From: a virus
Lineage: Duplodnaviria; Caudoviricetes
IMG/VR virus record: IMGVR_UViG_3300043313_000605
Coordinates: 129-64,128 of that record
DNA: 64,000 nt
Strand: one strand, 5' to 3'
Notes under the pieces: generated by a model
Database searches by the model: none
Seen by the model: the letters and a program-made list of their open reading frames with translations, nothing else
What the model was told of the DNA's origin: nothing
Shown here: in pieces, positions 48,557 through 57,534 of the stretch
Layout: each line of letters begins with the position of its first letter
Position numbering within the stretch: the first letter of the stretch is position 1
Position numbers and translations under genes: made by a program

Positions 48557-49351
48557 TTAGGCCGGGAGATACGTGACCTGATACAACTGGTTGCCGGGGT
48601 GACCGACCGGATCGGCCAGCACGCCGCCGACGAGTCCGAGATCAGCGAACTCCTCGGAGATGAGACCGAGCGCTCCGTCCGGCGTGAACGACGCCTTCCA
48701 GATTTCGACCATCATCTTCGGGCCGGCAGACGGATCGCCCACGAACAGGAGCGAGCCTTCGATCGTGTTCTGCGTGCCACCCTTGACGCGCTGCACCGCA
48801 CCAGCGGTGTACGCGGTCGGCGTGTAGCCAACCGTGAGCGTTGACCCATCGACGATGGTTGCGCTGACCCCATCGAAGATGTGAATGATGCCGGCGATCG
48901 GATCGACGATCTCGTAATCCGTGCCGAGCACACCAACGCTCGGGACGATCGGTGCGGTGTACGGTCCCAGCTTCGAGACCTTGTAGTACGCCCCACGCAC
49001 GACACTCGTGGTGAGCACTTCACCCACGACCGCCGTTGCCGGCTGTGCGTAGGTCTCGTCCACTTCGCCTTGCGTGATCAGCGCAAGGTTGTACGGGTGG
49101 AACTCCGACAGCGTGAGTCGGACCGTCACGTTCCGGCGACGGGTGATCTTTTTGTACAGTGGTGCGTCCTTCGTCATGCTGCTGAACTTCTGGATGATAT
49201 CGTCTTCGGTCGTGATCTCCATTGCATCGACGTTCCCGAGATGCTGAAGACCTGTGCCGTTACCGGCGTTGTCGAAGCGATTGATCCAGACACTACCCTT
49301 ACCGACGATGAGGTTGTCGGCATCGGGCGCGGCAGCCCACGTCTGCGCCAT
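48557..49351 (-). CDS. major tail (tube) protein
   Basis: NLIVGKGSVW...HLGNV...LTLSEF...EGSLLFVGDP..GP...PDGALGLISEEF. Confidence 0.85.
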   Translation of the reverse strand: MAQTWAAAPDADNLIVGKGSVWINRFDNAGNGTGLQHLGNVDAMEITTEDDIIQKFSSMTKDAPLYKKITRRRNVTVRLTLSEFHPYNLALITQGEVDETYAQPATAVVGEVLTTSVVRGAYYKVSKLGPYTAPIVPSVGVLGTDYEIVDPIAGIIHIFDGVSATIVDGSTLTVGYTPTAYTAGAVQRVKGGTQNTIEGSLLFVGDPSAGPKMMVEIWKASFTPDGALGLISEEFADLGLVGGVLADPVGHPGNQLYQVTYLPA

Positions 49352-49364
49352 GTCTGTGAATCCT

Positions 49365-49916
49365 CTAGGTGGAAGGTTCGGCCATCATTCGATCGACGAC
49401 GGTGACGCTCGCGAGCACGAAGCCCCAGAGACGGGACTGACCGACAGACGCGGCGACCGCCTGTTCAGTCACGAGACCCACCTTCATCACCTTCACTCCG
49501 TTCAACTCTCGGTAGCCTTGCGAGAGTGACTGGCTGTTGAACTGGCGAAGGGTCCTGCGCACCGCACGAAATGTGTATCCGCCCCCTAAGACGGCGACTT
49601 CCTCGGGAACGTCTTTCGTGACGTATGCAATGGCTACTGCCATCGGTGTTTCGGTGACCTGATACGTCATCGTATCAGCGTCCGTTCGCGAATCACTATC
49701 TGCATAGACGATCAGCGCTGGAGATGATGGCGGTTGCAGCTTCGCCACTTCCGTCGCGTTGTCAACGTCATCGTAAATCGTTGGATCAACCGGCAACTCA
49801 TCTTCCTCGCCGGCTGTATTCAGATGCGGGAATCCCGGCGCGTGCAGGTTGGCGATCACTCCGTAGTCCGGGTGATCGAGCCAGCGCCTGATGATACGCG
49901 TCGTTTCGTTGATCAC
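49365..49916 (-). CDS. putative tail terminator/neck protein
   Basis: Position and size. Confidence 0.6.
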   Translation of the reverse strand: MINETTRIIRRWLDHPDYGVIANLHAPGFPHLNTAGEEDELPVDPTIYDDVDNATEVAKLQPPSSPALIVYADSDSRTDADTMTYQVTETPMAVAIAYVTKDVPEEVAVLGGGYTFRAVRRTLRQFNSQSLSQGYRELNGVKVMKVGLVTEQAVAASVGQSRLWGFVLASVTVVDRMMAEPST

Positions 49917-50401
49917 TCTGCGATCTCTCCGGTGATGATGTAGCCGCGCAGAATCTTCCGCAGTTCAGTGATCATCGGTTCCGGCAACTGATCTGGAATC
50001 GGGGGCCGTCGCGGCAGCCCGCTGGGACGCGGTTCCTCACTCTGGTGGTACTTCGCGTACGACACGAGCGTGCGCAACGTGTAATGGTCTTTCGTGATTT
50101 CTTCCTCGGCGTTCTCGCGGTAGACGAGCGAGCGATACAAGTCATCCGTCCGGCGCAGTGGTTCCTGCCGCCATTGCGAGTGCGCTTTCTTGTAATCGCG
50201 CGTCGATTTGCGAAGCGGCTCCCACGGGAAGTTCCCAAAACGTCCGCGCGTACGAAACTGTGCAACAATGGCCTTGCGCACGAGCCGACGCACGGGACCG
50301 GCCATCACCGGCTCAAAATCCGCGAATCGTCCGAGCGCGCCGCGAATGTACCGACGACCGCCACTCTCGGACTCGAATAGCTCGACGACAATCGGAATCA
50401 T
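49913..50401 (-). CDS. virion morphogenesis (Mu gpG-like) tail completion protein
   Basis: PWEPLRKST...LRRTDDLYRSL...YAKYHQ...LPRRP. Confidence 0.75.
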   Translation of the reverse strand: MIPIVVELFESESGGRRYIRGALGRFADFEPVMAGPVRRLVRKAIVAQFRTRGRFGNFPWEPLRKSTRDYKKAHSQWRQEPLRRTDDLYRSLVYRENAEEEITKDHYTLRTLVSYAKYHQSEEPRPSGLPRRPPIPDQLPEPMITELRKILRGYIITGEIAE

Positions 50402-50823
50402 CGAAAGCGCTCGTAGTTCGGTGGCACGTACGCTGTGCCGTATCCAGTGTCGTTCGTGCGGTGTGACTGCGAGCCCAGCCCAGCGCCATACCATCCAGCG
50501 GCGCCGCCCGTCACGGCCTTCACGATCGCCCACGCGCGCGGATCGATGTACCGATCGCGCCAGACGACGCTCGATGATGCCTGACTGGACATCCCTTCAC
50601 TCGCTTTGATGTACGGATCGAGCCCGTACTGCGACATGAAGTTGATTTGCAACATGATGGCGATCCGAAGACGCGCGATGTCACTCTCGTTCGTCAGAGC
50701 GGGTTCAGTGAGACCAAGCACCACTTCCGCGATCTCGTGATACGCAGCGAAGTCTTCCTCGCTGAGTTTCTTCGTGAAGGCAGAGGCAAGTGGATCGGCT
50801 GACTCGACGGTGTAGAGCGACAT
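50398..50823 (-). CDS. putative head-tail adaptor
   Basis: Position after the capsid genes; helical; IDPRAWAIV. Confidence 0.6.
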   Translation of the reverse strand: MSLYTVESADPLASAFTKKLSEEDFAAYHEIAEVVLGLTEPALTNESDIARLRIAIMLQINFMSQYGLDPYIKASEGMSSQASSSVVWRDRYIDPRAWAIVKAVTGGAAGWYGAGLGSQSHRTNDTGYGTAYVPPNYERFR

Positions 50824-50844
50824 CGCGCGTCTCCGGAAAAAGGA

Positions 50845-51276
50845 TTACTCCGTCTCGGCGCTCTCGCCGGCTTCGGCCGCGTCCTTCTCGGCCTTCAGCG
50901 CGTCGATGCGATCCTGAATGAGCGGCTTCGCCGTCACGCGCGTCTCGCGACGCTTCAGCTTCTGGAGATCGCCGATGTTCGTGACGCCTGCCAGTGCATC
51001 CGGCAGTTCGTCCACGCCCGTCGAAAGCAACTCGTCGAGATCGGCCTTGCCCTTCGCGCCGTCACGCTCGGCCTTACGCGCGAGTGCTGCCGCGCGCTGC
51101 TCCGGACCGCGCAGCTTCCGCTCCGAACGCTTCTCGGTGGAATCCACGCCGTACGCGCGATCGACAGACACGCCCTGCTCCTCGGCCAACGCGTCGAGCA
51201 AGTCTTCCTCGCCCTCGACAAACGTCTGACCGGCGAGCCGAGCGGTGCCCTGAATCTTTCGCTCCTCTTTCGCCAT
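50845..51276 (-). CDS. hypothetical head-associated protein
   Basis: Follows the major capsid gene; C-terminal L..L...E.R.T....I..RI module. Confidence 0.65.
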   Translation of the reverse strand: MAKEERKIQGTARLAGQTFVEGEEDLLDALAEEQGVSVDRAYGVDSTEKRSERKLRGPEQRAAALARKAERDGAKGKADLDELLSTGVDELPDALAGVTNIGDLQKLKRRETRVTAKPLIQDRIDALKAEKDAAEAGESAETE

Positions 51277-51308
51277 TGCCGTATCCCTGTGTGAAAGTGT
51301 GAGTGAAA

Positions 51309-51346
51309 GGCTGGGGAGTTGTCGTCCACGGGTGGACTCCCCAGCC
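51309..51346 (-). terminator. hairpin after the major capsid gene
   Basis: ggctggggagt...actccccagcc stem followed by TTTC on the minus strand. Confidence 0.5.
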
Positions 51347-51365
51347 GTTCAATCATGCTGGCAGA

Positions 51366-52424
51366 TCACGCGCCAGCGTCGATGACCCACATGCGCTTCT
51401 CGCGCGGAACCGGGAACGCGTTGACCTGACACTCGTAGGTCAGTTCGCGTCCGTTGCCCCCGACTTCGACGAACACCCGCTGGCCGCGATTGTCGAAGCT
51501 GGCTCCAGCAGACGCGCCGACATTGTTCATGTCGTGCGCGCGGTAGATCGGTGCATAGCACATGTTGCCGACTTCGATGTTCGACGGCAGCAGCGCCATC
51601 TTCTCATCGGGCCAGACATCGGTGGCCGTCGTGGCACCACCGCCGTCCGCGTAGACGTCGAACTGGTTCTCGCGAATGTAGAAGCGGAAGTCCACTCCCA
51701 AGTCCTGCGAGACCTGATCCTCGAACTGCCCAGCGGTGAGCGGCACCCCGTTGAGCCCCATCGGCGCGTCCGCCTGAATCACGCGATAGAGCGAACGACG
51801 CAGCACGACACCACCGATCGAGCCGATGGCATCCTTGCCGTCTTCTGCCCACGCGATGAACTCCGCGTACGCATCGACGCCCGCATCGTCCCACGGCGTC
51901 GCGGCATTCTGCCACCGCGCCGGATCGTAGTTGTACGAGACGGTCTGCGTCGCGTTCTTGTGCGGATGACGAACGATGATCGTGCCCGTCGTCCATGCCG
52001 TCACGTAGTCGATCTCCAGACGACGGAAGTTGGCTTCCGCCAGCGCATCGATGCGATCGGGGATGGAGGAGCGGATGATGTCGCGGAAGGCCGCGACGTT
52101 CCCCTGCACACGCTCGCCGTAGTCCTGAATCTCCTTCTCGGCGAACTTGAAGTAATCCTCGACCGGAATGAATTCCATCTCGGCGAGGTCCGGGGTCTCC
52201 ATGTTGATCTGCCGGCCGCGCGTGTTCCACTCGCGGCGATCGGACACGGGACGGAAGTCCACGTCGCCGATTTCCTTCAGCTTGACGCTGTTGACGTTCT
52301 TGCGCGGGAAAAAGATGTCCTGAAGTGTCTCGTCAACGTCGTCAGGGTCGATCTCCTGCACGCGTCGAGTGAGCACATCGGGAGACAGCCCTTCCTCCTG
52401 CGCCGCCCATGAAAAGGGACCCAT
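51366..52424 (-). CDS. major capsid protein (phage_cap_E-like)
   Basis: 352 aa; FFPRKNV, RRLE...AWTTGTI, YNYDP, W...VDAY, VNAFPV; follows scaffold and decoration genes. Confidence 0.85.
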   Translation of the reverse strand: MGPFSWAAQEEGLSPDVLTRRVQEIDPDDVDETLQDIFFPRKNVNSVKLKEIGDVDFRPVSDRREWNTRGRQINMETPDLAEMEFIPVEDYFKFAEKEIQDYGERVQGNVAAFRDIIRSSIPDRIDALAEANFRRLEIDYVTAWTTGTIIVRHPHKNATQTVSYNYDPARWQNAATPWDDAGVDAYAEFIAWAEDGKDAIGSIGGVVLRRSLYRVIQADAPMGLNGVPLTAGQFEDQVSQDLGVDFRFYIRENQFDVYADGGGATTATDVWPDEKMALLPSNIEVGNMCYAPIYRAHDMNNVGASAGASFDNRGQRVFVEVGGNGRELTYECQVNAFPVPREKRMWVIDAGA

Positions 52425-52436
52425 GTTGGCCTCGGC

Positions 52437-52844
52437 TTAGGAAGTGAGAAGGACGAGCTTAGAGCCCGCGCGATCGAACCCTGCGATCTCGTTCGCGGTG
52501 TAGTCCGCGCCGAGATTGAACTTCGCGGCATCCTGAATCACCGCGCCATACAGCCCGACACCAATCCACATGTCAGGCAGCGCCGCAATGATCGGCGCCG
52601 TGTTGCCTTCTGCCACCTTGATCGCCTCGAAGGTGACCGCAAACGGAAACGCAGGCGCGGCACCAACCAGCCCGCCTGCGCGTGTGAACGGCACCCCCGG
52701 CTTCAGATAGCCAAGCGCGTCGATCTCCCGACTCGTGAGCGCCGACAGATCAACGAGCAACTGATACTCGTGATCGACCGGACCCAGAAATACGTTGAGA
52801 TACGTCTTGACTTTCTGAATCGTCTTCGTGGATCGAATAGGCAC
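52437..52844 (-). CDS. head decoration protein
   Basis: GYLKPGVPF motif; between scaffold and major capsid genes. Confidence 0.7.
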   Translation of the reverse strand: MPIRSTKTIQKVKTYLNVFLGPVDHEYQLLVDLSALTSREIDALGYLKPGVPFTRAGGLVGAAPAFPFAVTFEAIKVAEGNTAPIIAALPDMWIGVGLYGAVIQDAAKFNLGADYTANEIAGFDRAGSKLVLLTS

Positions 52845-52872
52845 TGTCTGCGCCCTCTCGTCGATTCAGAGT

Positions 52873-53670
52873 TTATCGCGAACGCAATCCGACACGCTCG
52901 TTGAGCCGCTGCTTTGCGTCGCCCTTTTTCCGGTGGGCCGGTGCGCGCGGCGATTCGCCGTCGCTGTCGTCCTTCCCGTACTTCGCGCGAACTTCAGCAA
53001 CCGACTCATCGGCCGCAGTGGTTTTGCCGGTGTTGCCCGCGTCACCAGTGGTCGTGCCCCGACCGCTGCCGCGTCCAACCTTGCTCACGAGTTGTTCCGC
53101 ATCCAATGTCGGAATCACTTCGTCAGCCAGCGCCGCCAATGCTTTATCCAGATCGCTCTCTGCGATGGCAATGTCCTTGTCCTTTTGCAGAACTCGGACG
53201 CTTCCGTTGTAAGGCTTGATTCGGTTCAGTAGCGCATCGTCCTTGACGATGGCATTCGCGTGAATCTCCTTCACGCCCTTTGCGATCAGCGTCGCCTTCA
53301 GCGTCTTCACGGCGCTTGCGCGATCCTTTTCCTGATCCTTGCGATCACGGTCAGCCAGTTCGGCCGCGTGCTTCTCGGCCTGTGTGCGAAGTTCGGCATC
53401 GTACTTCTCGATGACCTTCGCCGGCTCCGGATTCGCCGTCTTCCATTCTGCCAGCTTCTGCTCGGCGGCAACCTTCGCGGCCTCGGCAGCGGTGACCTTG
53501 CCTTCCAACGTCGTCTTCTCCGTCGTGTGCTCGGCGGTCGCCACGCCGTGCCCTTCGTTGAAGATCGGTTGGTAGATGTCCACCTTCGCCTTGTCTTTCA
53601 GAGCGGTTCGCAATGCGCCCTTGTCTCCGAAAGCCAGAATGGCGGCAACGATCTCGTCCAGTGTGTTCAC
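52873..53670 (-). CDS. capsid scaffolding protein
   Basis: Charged coiled coil with a G-x-G-S-G tail; upstream of the major capsid gene. Confidence 0.7.
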   Translation of the reverse strand: MNTLDEIVAAILAFGDKGALRTALKDKAKVDIYQPIFNEGHGVATAEHTTEKTTLEGKVTAAEAAKVAAEQKLAEWKTANPEPAKVIEKYDAELRTQAEKHAAELADRDRKDQEKDRASAVKTLKATLIAKGVKEIHANAIVKDDALLNRIKPYNGSVRVLQKDKDIAIAESDLDKALAALADEVIPTLDAEQLVSKVGRGSGRGTTTGDAGNTGKTTAADESVAEVRAKYGKDDSDGESPRAPAHRKKGDAKQRLNERVGLRSR

Positions 53671-53818
53671 GCGATTCCCCTGTGCGGCGGGTGAGTCCGA
53701 AACAGCCCATTGACGGCGGGCCGGGACCGAAGCAGGCGACGTCAGCCGCCCGAGTGATGAGCGAAGCTGTCATTTTGGCATGCCCACTGTCAAGTAGGCA
53801 GTGACATTGCAAGCAAGA

Positions 53819-53854
53819 GAAAACCCGCCTCAACCGTAAAGGTTTCAGCGGGTC
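53819..53854 (-). terminator. intrinsic terminator-like hairpin
   Basis: acccgc...gcgggt followed by TTTCTC on the minus strand. Confidence 0.55.
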
Positions 53855-53855
53855 T

Positions 53856-54020
53856 CTACGAGATTGGCCCTGTGGATGGAGTCGCGTTCGCATCCGGTGC
53901 CCAGCCGTCTCGTGCGGCCTGTGTTTGGTCTAGGCAAGTGATCCGCGCTGGGAGTCATCTCCGAAGGATAACCCAACGCATTCGGCCCCGACCATTCTGC
54001 TTGGCAAAGAGAGAATGCAG
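53856..54020 (-). ncRNA. candidate structured RNA in the head module
   Basis: Several stems, one capped by cUUCGg; no credible ORF; ends at a terminator. Confidence 0.35.
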
Positions 54021-54025
54021 TATAA

Positions 54026-54961
54026 CTAGCGCAGGTTCGCCAGCCAACCCCCGTAGTTCGATAGCTGAACGTCGCTCATAAAACACCCGCAGTACGGATG
54101 TGGTGACCCCGGCCAGCGATCGATCGCATATCGGCCGGGGCCAAACCCGCTGTTCCGTGATGCGATGTCATCGCAGATGTCCGGCGATGACCGGAGCCCG
54201 GAGTGGCGCGCTGAGAGCGTCCACCGCCCCGTACGTGCGAGCCCGAGCGCCGCGAGCGCGCGCGCGTCGCCTTCTCGCATCGTGTTGAATGTTTCGGCCA
54301 CGACAACGGTTGCGCCCAGCATCGCGAGCCCTCTGAGTGGCGTCATCTCCTCACGCCGGACGTCGTACCGCTCATACTCGATGTCCTGCCCAAGCAGCAA
54401 GAGAAAGAGATCGTTCGACACTTCATCAGCCGGCGTATCGATCAGCGACGATGACAACAACAGTTGTTCGGCCGCTGTCGTCGCGTCGCTCGCGTACGCG
54501 GACGCAAGCTGGGGAATCGAGAGATCGTTGCGACGCAACCGGCGCACGGCATCCTGCACATTGAACGGGACGCGACGCACACGATCGTAGAAGATGTCGC
54601 GCGCCGCCCGCCCAGCTTCGACGCCGTTGTTCTCGACGACGATCCCAACATGCGTCGCCAAGAGACTTGCGATCACGAAATCGACGAATGCCTCTGATTC
54701 CAGCCCGCGTTCTCGAATGACATCGGACTGCGCTTGAATGGCGGCGCGCACGTACCCGCGCAGTCGTGCCAGTTCCACCGGATCGAGCGGCCGGCCTTCG
54801 CGCCCAGCGCGCGACGACAATCGCTTGAACTCATTGGCGATCTGCGCGAAGACCTGAACCAGCGCGAGACGGCGCTCCTCAGATTCGAGGAAAGCCGTCT
54901 CGCGAATGTCCACGAGCGCTCGATTGATGCGCTCGCCCGCCTGCCGCTCAGTGAGCGACAT
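54026..54961 (-). CDS. head morphogenesis/minor capsid protein (SPP1 gp7/Mu gpF-like)
   Basis: WTLSARH...DICD...GPGRY...PHPYCGC; follows the portal gene. Confidence 0.8.
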   Translation of the reverse strand: MSLTERQAGERINRALVDIRETAFLESEERRLALVQVFAQIANEFKRLSSRAGREGRPLDPVELARLRGYVRAAIQAQSDVIRERGLESEAFVDFVIASLLATHVGIVVENNGVEAGRAARDIFYDRVRRVPFNVQDAVRRLRRNDLSIPQLASAYASDATTAAEQLLLSSSLIDTPADEVSNDLFLLLLGQDIEYERYDVRREEMTPLRGLAMLGATVVVAETFNTMREGDARALAALGLARTGRWTLSARHSGLRSSPDICDDIASRNSGFGPGRYAIDRWPGSPHPYCGCFMSDVQLSNYGGWLANLR

Positions 54962-56655
54962 CAGCGGGTCGGTACGTTGGTGTTCGGTGTTCTCCGTGGC
55001 TTGTTCATCGGACGCCGGCCGTCACCATTCGAGACCTTCGATCGGTTCGATGGCGGGTTCCCCGGATTGTTGCGCGAGCCGCCCATCAATGCGCCCATCT
55101 GGGCAGCGGCATCCATCGCCGCTTCGGCTTTCTTGGCTGACGCGTCGTACTCGTTCTCGACCTTCGTCTGCTCGGCATCGTCGCCCAAGAATCCAACCGA
55201 CTTCGCGACCGAGACGAGAATCTTCCGCTTCAAGGTCGCTGACGACACGCCCGCCGTCCGCTCCATCTCGAAGAACAGCGCGCCGGACGCCATCGGATCG
55301 ATCAGATCGAACTCGCGCTTCCACTGGACCGATGCTGATGGGGCGGCCTCGCCCCACATCCCTTCCAGCCACGGCAGCACCGCATTCTGTCCGGTCTCGA
55401 TGTTCGCCGCGAAGTCCGCGAGCCGTGGCGCACGCACGTCGGTCCAACTGGTGCGCCGCGCCGCGCCGGATGCATCAGGCGAGACTTGAATCTCGTTCAG
55501 CATCAACTCCAGCACATGATCCTTGTTCTGTGCGATGCGCGACGCGAACGCCTGTTCGACTGATCCGCCCATCGACGCATCCTGTAACGTCGGCGTTTTC
55601 TTCGTCTCCTCGTTCGTCGGCACGGGCGCGTAGCGCGAGCCACCCATGACGATTTCCATGAACAGGTTGTAGCCGTCGCGATCGGCGCCGAGCAGGGCGA
55701 TGGCACTTGCGGCCGTATCCCAGATGTTCCAATCCGCCGCACTGCGCAGATTCATGTCAAGCACCGCCGCGTTGACGATCTCGGTGATGCCCGATCGGCT
55801 CATGCGCTGCATGTCTTCCTGCGGACGCACGCGCTCGTAGTAGAGCGGCACCATCGGAATTTCGCCGCCCGTCACATCCCATGCGGTGTCGTCGAAATCT
55901 TCCAGATCGCCGTCCTTGTCGAACCGGAACCAGCCACCGGACGCATACTCACGACCGAAATCAACGAAGCCCTCGCGCGTGAGCAGCAGGTACTCGACTT
56001 CAGGCTCGTTGCCGACGAACGCGCCGCGCACAACGCGCGGCCGGCGCACCGCGCGCCGGATGATCGCAAATGCCAACTGCCCGTTCTCGTAGTGCCAGTT
56101 CGTCACCGCGCGCGGAGAGTAGTCGGTGAGATACGGACGCTTCCCGCGCAACTCCTCCGCGCGCGACATCGGCGCTTCGGGTGGTCCCTCGACGTACACC
56201 CAGCGATGGCCCGTCGTGACGGCCATCTTCGCGACGGACTGCCAGTACGGGTCCCACTGCGAACCGTCGCGGCCCAACCCATCGGCGTTGTAGAAGATCA
56301 GTTCCGCTGGTGAGGGGAGTCGCTGGCTGCGCACGCGCGGCACGTCGCCCAGCCCCCCGAAATCGAGTGTGTCTTCCGGCGTCGGCCGCTGGCGGAAGAT
56401 GTGGCCCGTGGTGATGTCGCAGAACCGATCGCCGTAGTTCGTGTAGACAGCGGACGCTTTGCGCTGCGCCTCCCGCTTGCCTTTCATCTCCTCCCAGTCG
56501 AACAACACCAGTTCGGTGTCCACGACCCGCTTCCCGCCCATCACCAATCGTTCGTTCCGCTCCCACTCCTCGACGCACTCGTCGTAGATGGGATTGTGGA
56601 TGGTCAGGAACTTGTTGCGCTTGACGGTCAAGCCGCGCTGAAACAGTGGTGGCAT
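54961..56655 (-). CDS. portal protein
   Basis: 564 aa; RPYLTDYSPRAVTNW, GEIPMVPLY; position after terL. Confidence 0.85.
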   Translation of the reverse strand: MPPLFQRGLTVKRNKFLTIHNPIYDECVEEWERNERLVMGGKRVVDTELVLFDWEEMKGKREAQRKASAVYTNYGDRFCDITTGHIFRQRPTPEDTLDFGGLGDVPRVRSQRLPSPAELIFYNADGLGRDGSQWDPYWQSVAKMAVTTGHRWVYVEGPPEAPMSRAEELRGKRPYLTDYSPRAVTNWHYENGQLAFAIIRRAVRRPRVVRGAFVGNEPEVEYLLLTREGFVDFGREYASGGWFRFDKDGDLEDFDDTAWDVTGGEIPMVPLYYERVRPQEDMQRMSRSGITEIVNAAVLDMNLRSAADWNIWDTAASAIALLGADRDGYNLFMEIVMGGSRYAPVPTNEETKKTPTLQDASMGGSVEQAFASRIAQNKDHVLELMLNEIQVSPDASGAARRTSWTDVRAPRLADFAANIETGQNAVLPWLEGMWGEAAPSASVQWKREFDLIDPMASGALFFEMERTAGVSSATLKRKILVSVAKSVGFLGDDAEQTKVENEYDASAKKAEAAMDAAAQMGALMGGSRNNPGNPPSNRSKVSNGDGRRPMNKPRRTPNTNVPTR

Positions 56656-56656
56656 G

Positions 56657-57358
56657 TCACGTCACGGGTGAAAGTGTCCGGTTCTTCAACTCGCGCGCCA
56701 TGCAAATCTCTGCGCCGTCCTTCAGCATCTCGTCGATCGTATCGAACGAGAGATAGAAGAATCCCTTCTTCGCCCAGTTGCGGCCCCACGAATTCTTGCA
56801 CCGCACGAACTTCTGGCGCATGTTGACGCCATCGACCTTGAACTGGTGCCCGCCGAGCATCGAGCCGGTGTAGTGGCCGAAGAAATTCACGTCCGGCGTG
56901 TCGAATCCATCCGGCCACCATGTACCGATCGTCGCCGGTCCCACGCGGCGCAGCCACTCGTACAACTCGTCCGCTTCGCGTGCCCAGCGATACTCGCCGA
57001 TGTATCCCTCGCGCTTGACCGCTTGCGCCGCCGCATCGCTCGTCAATCCGGAGTCCACATCCGTGTGCGGTGTGCCGTCGATGTCCTGCCCGAGCCGATA
57101 GAGCCGCCACATCTCGGCGTCGGTGACCGTTCCTGTGTGCGTGACCGGACCATCTTCCCAGTAGTGCATCCACGAGAAGATCGTACAGCGGCTCGAATTC
57201 CCCTGATTGAGCCACGCGCCACTCGCGTTCCAATACTTGACGTCCGGCGCTGGCGTCTCGGTCTCCAGCACATCCTGTGCGCGAAAGAGATGAAACTTCC
57301 GCCCCATCCCCGGCTGCCAGCCCATCCCTCCCGGCTGTGGGAGACGCATGGTGATCAT
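56657..57358 (-). CDS. papain-like cysteine protease (C1A)
   Basis: NQGNSSRCT (oxyanion Q, catalytic C), GGHQ (H), KNSWGRNWAKKG (N). Confidence 0.85.
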   Translation of the reverse strand: MITMRLPQPGGMGWQPGMGRKFHLFRAQDVLETETPAPDVKYWNASGAWLNQGNSSRCTIFSWMHYWEDGPVTHTGTVTDAEMWRLYRLGQDIDGTPHTDVDSGLTSDAAAQAVKREGYIGEYRWAREADELYEWLRRVGPATIGTWWPDGFDTPDVNFFGHYTGSMLGGHQFKVDGVNMRQKFVRCKNSWGRNWAKKGFFYLSFDTIDEMLKDGAEICMARELKNRTLSPVT

Positions 57359-57534
57359 TGGAGATTCCCCTGTGAGACGGTCGCACGGAATTCCTCTGCA
57401 TGCTCGACGAAATCATCGACGATGCATCGGCTGCACAGCGTGATGCCGGGAACCGCGACCTCATCTTCCCCGCACGAACGGCAGCAGCGTCGCGCGACGA
57501 TCTCACTTTCGGTAAATGATGTACTCTGAGGCAT
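57355..57534 (-). CDS. small Zn-finger protein
   Basis: CCRSCG...LCSRC; coupled to the protease gene. Confidence 0.5.
   Translation of the reverse strand: MPQSTSFTESEIVARRCCRSCGEDEVAVPGITLCSRCIVDDFVEHAEEFRATVSQGNLQ

Larger units (their letters stand above)
2456..54312. repeat. dispersed palindrome CAAC[C/G]GTTG, at least 30 copies
   Basis: Counted by eye; positions are listed in the findings. Confidence 0.9.

Noticed and set aside
53960-53995. GGGGCCGAA start suggesting tmRNA or tRNA on the minus strand
   Set aside because: No T-arm GTTCGA or CCA-type 3' end and too short; kept only as an unclassified structured RNA candidate
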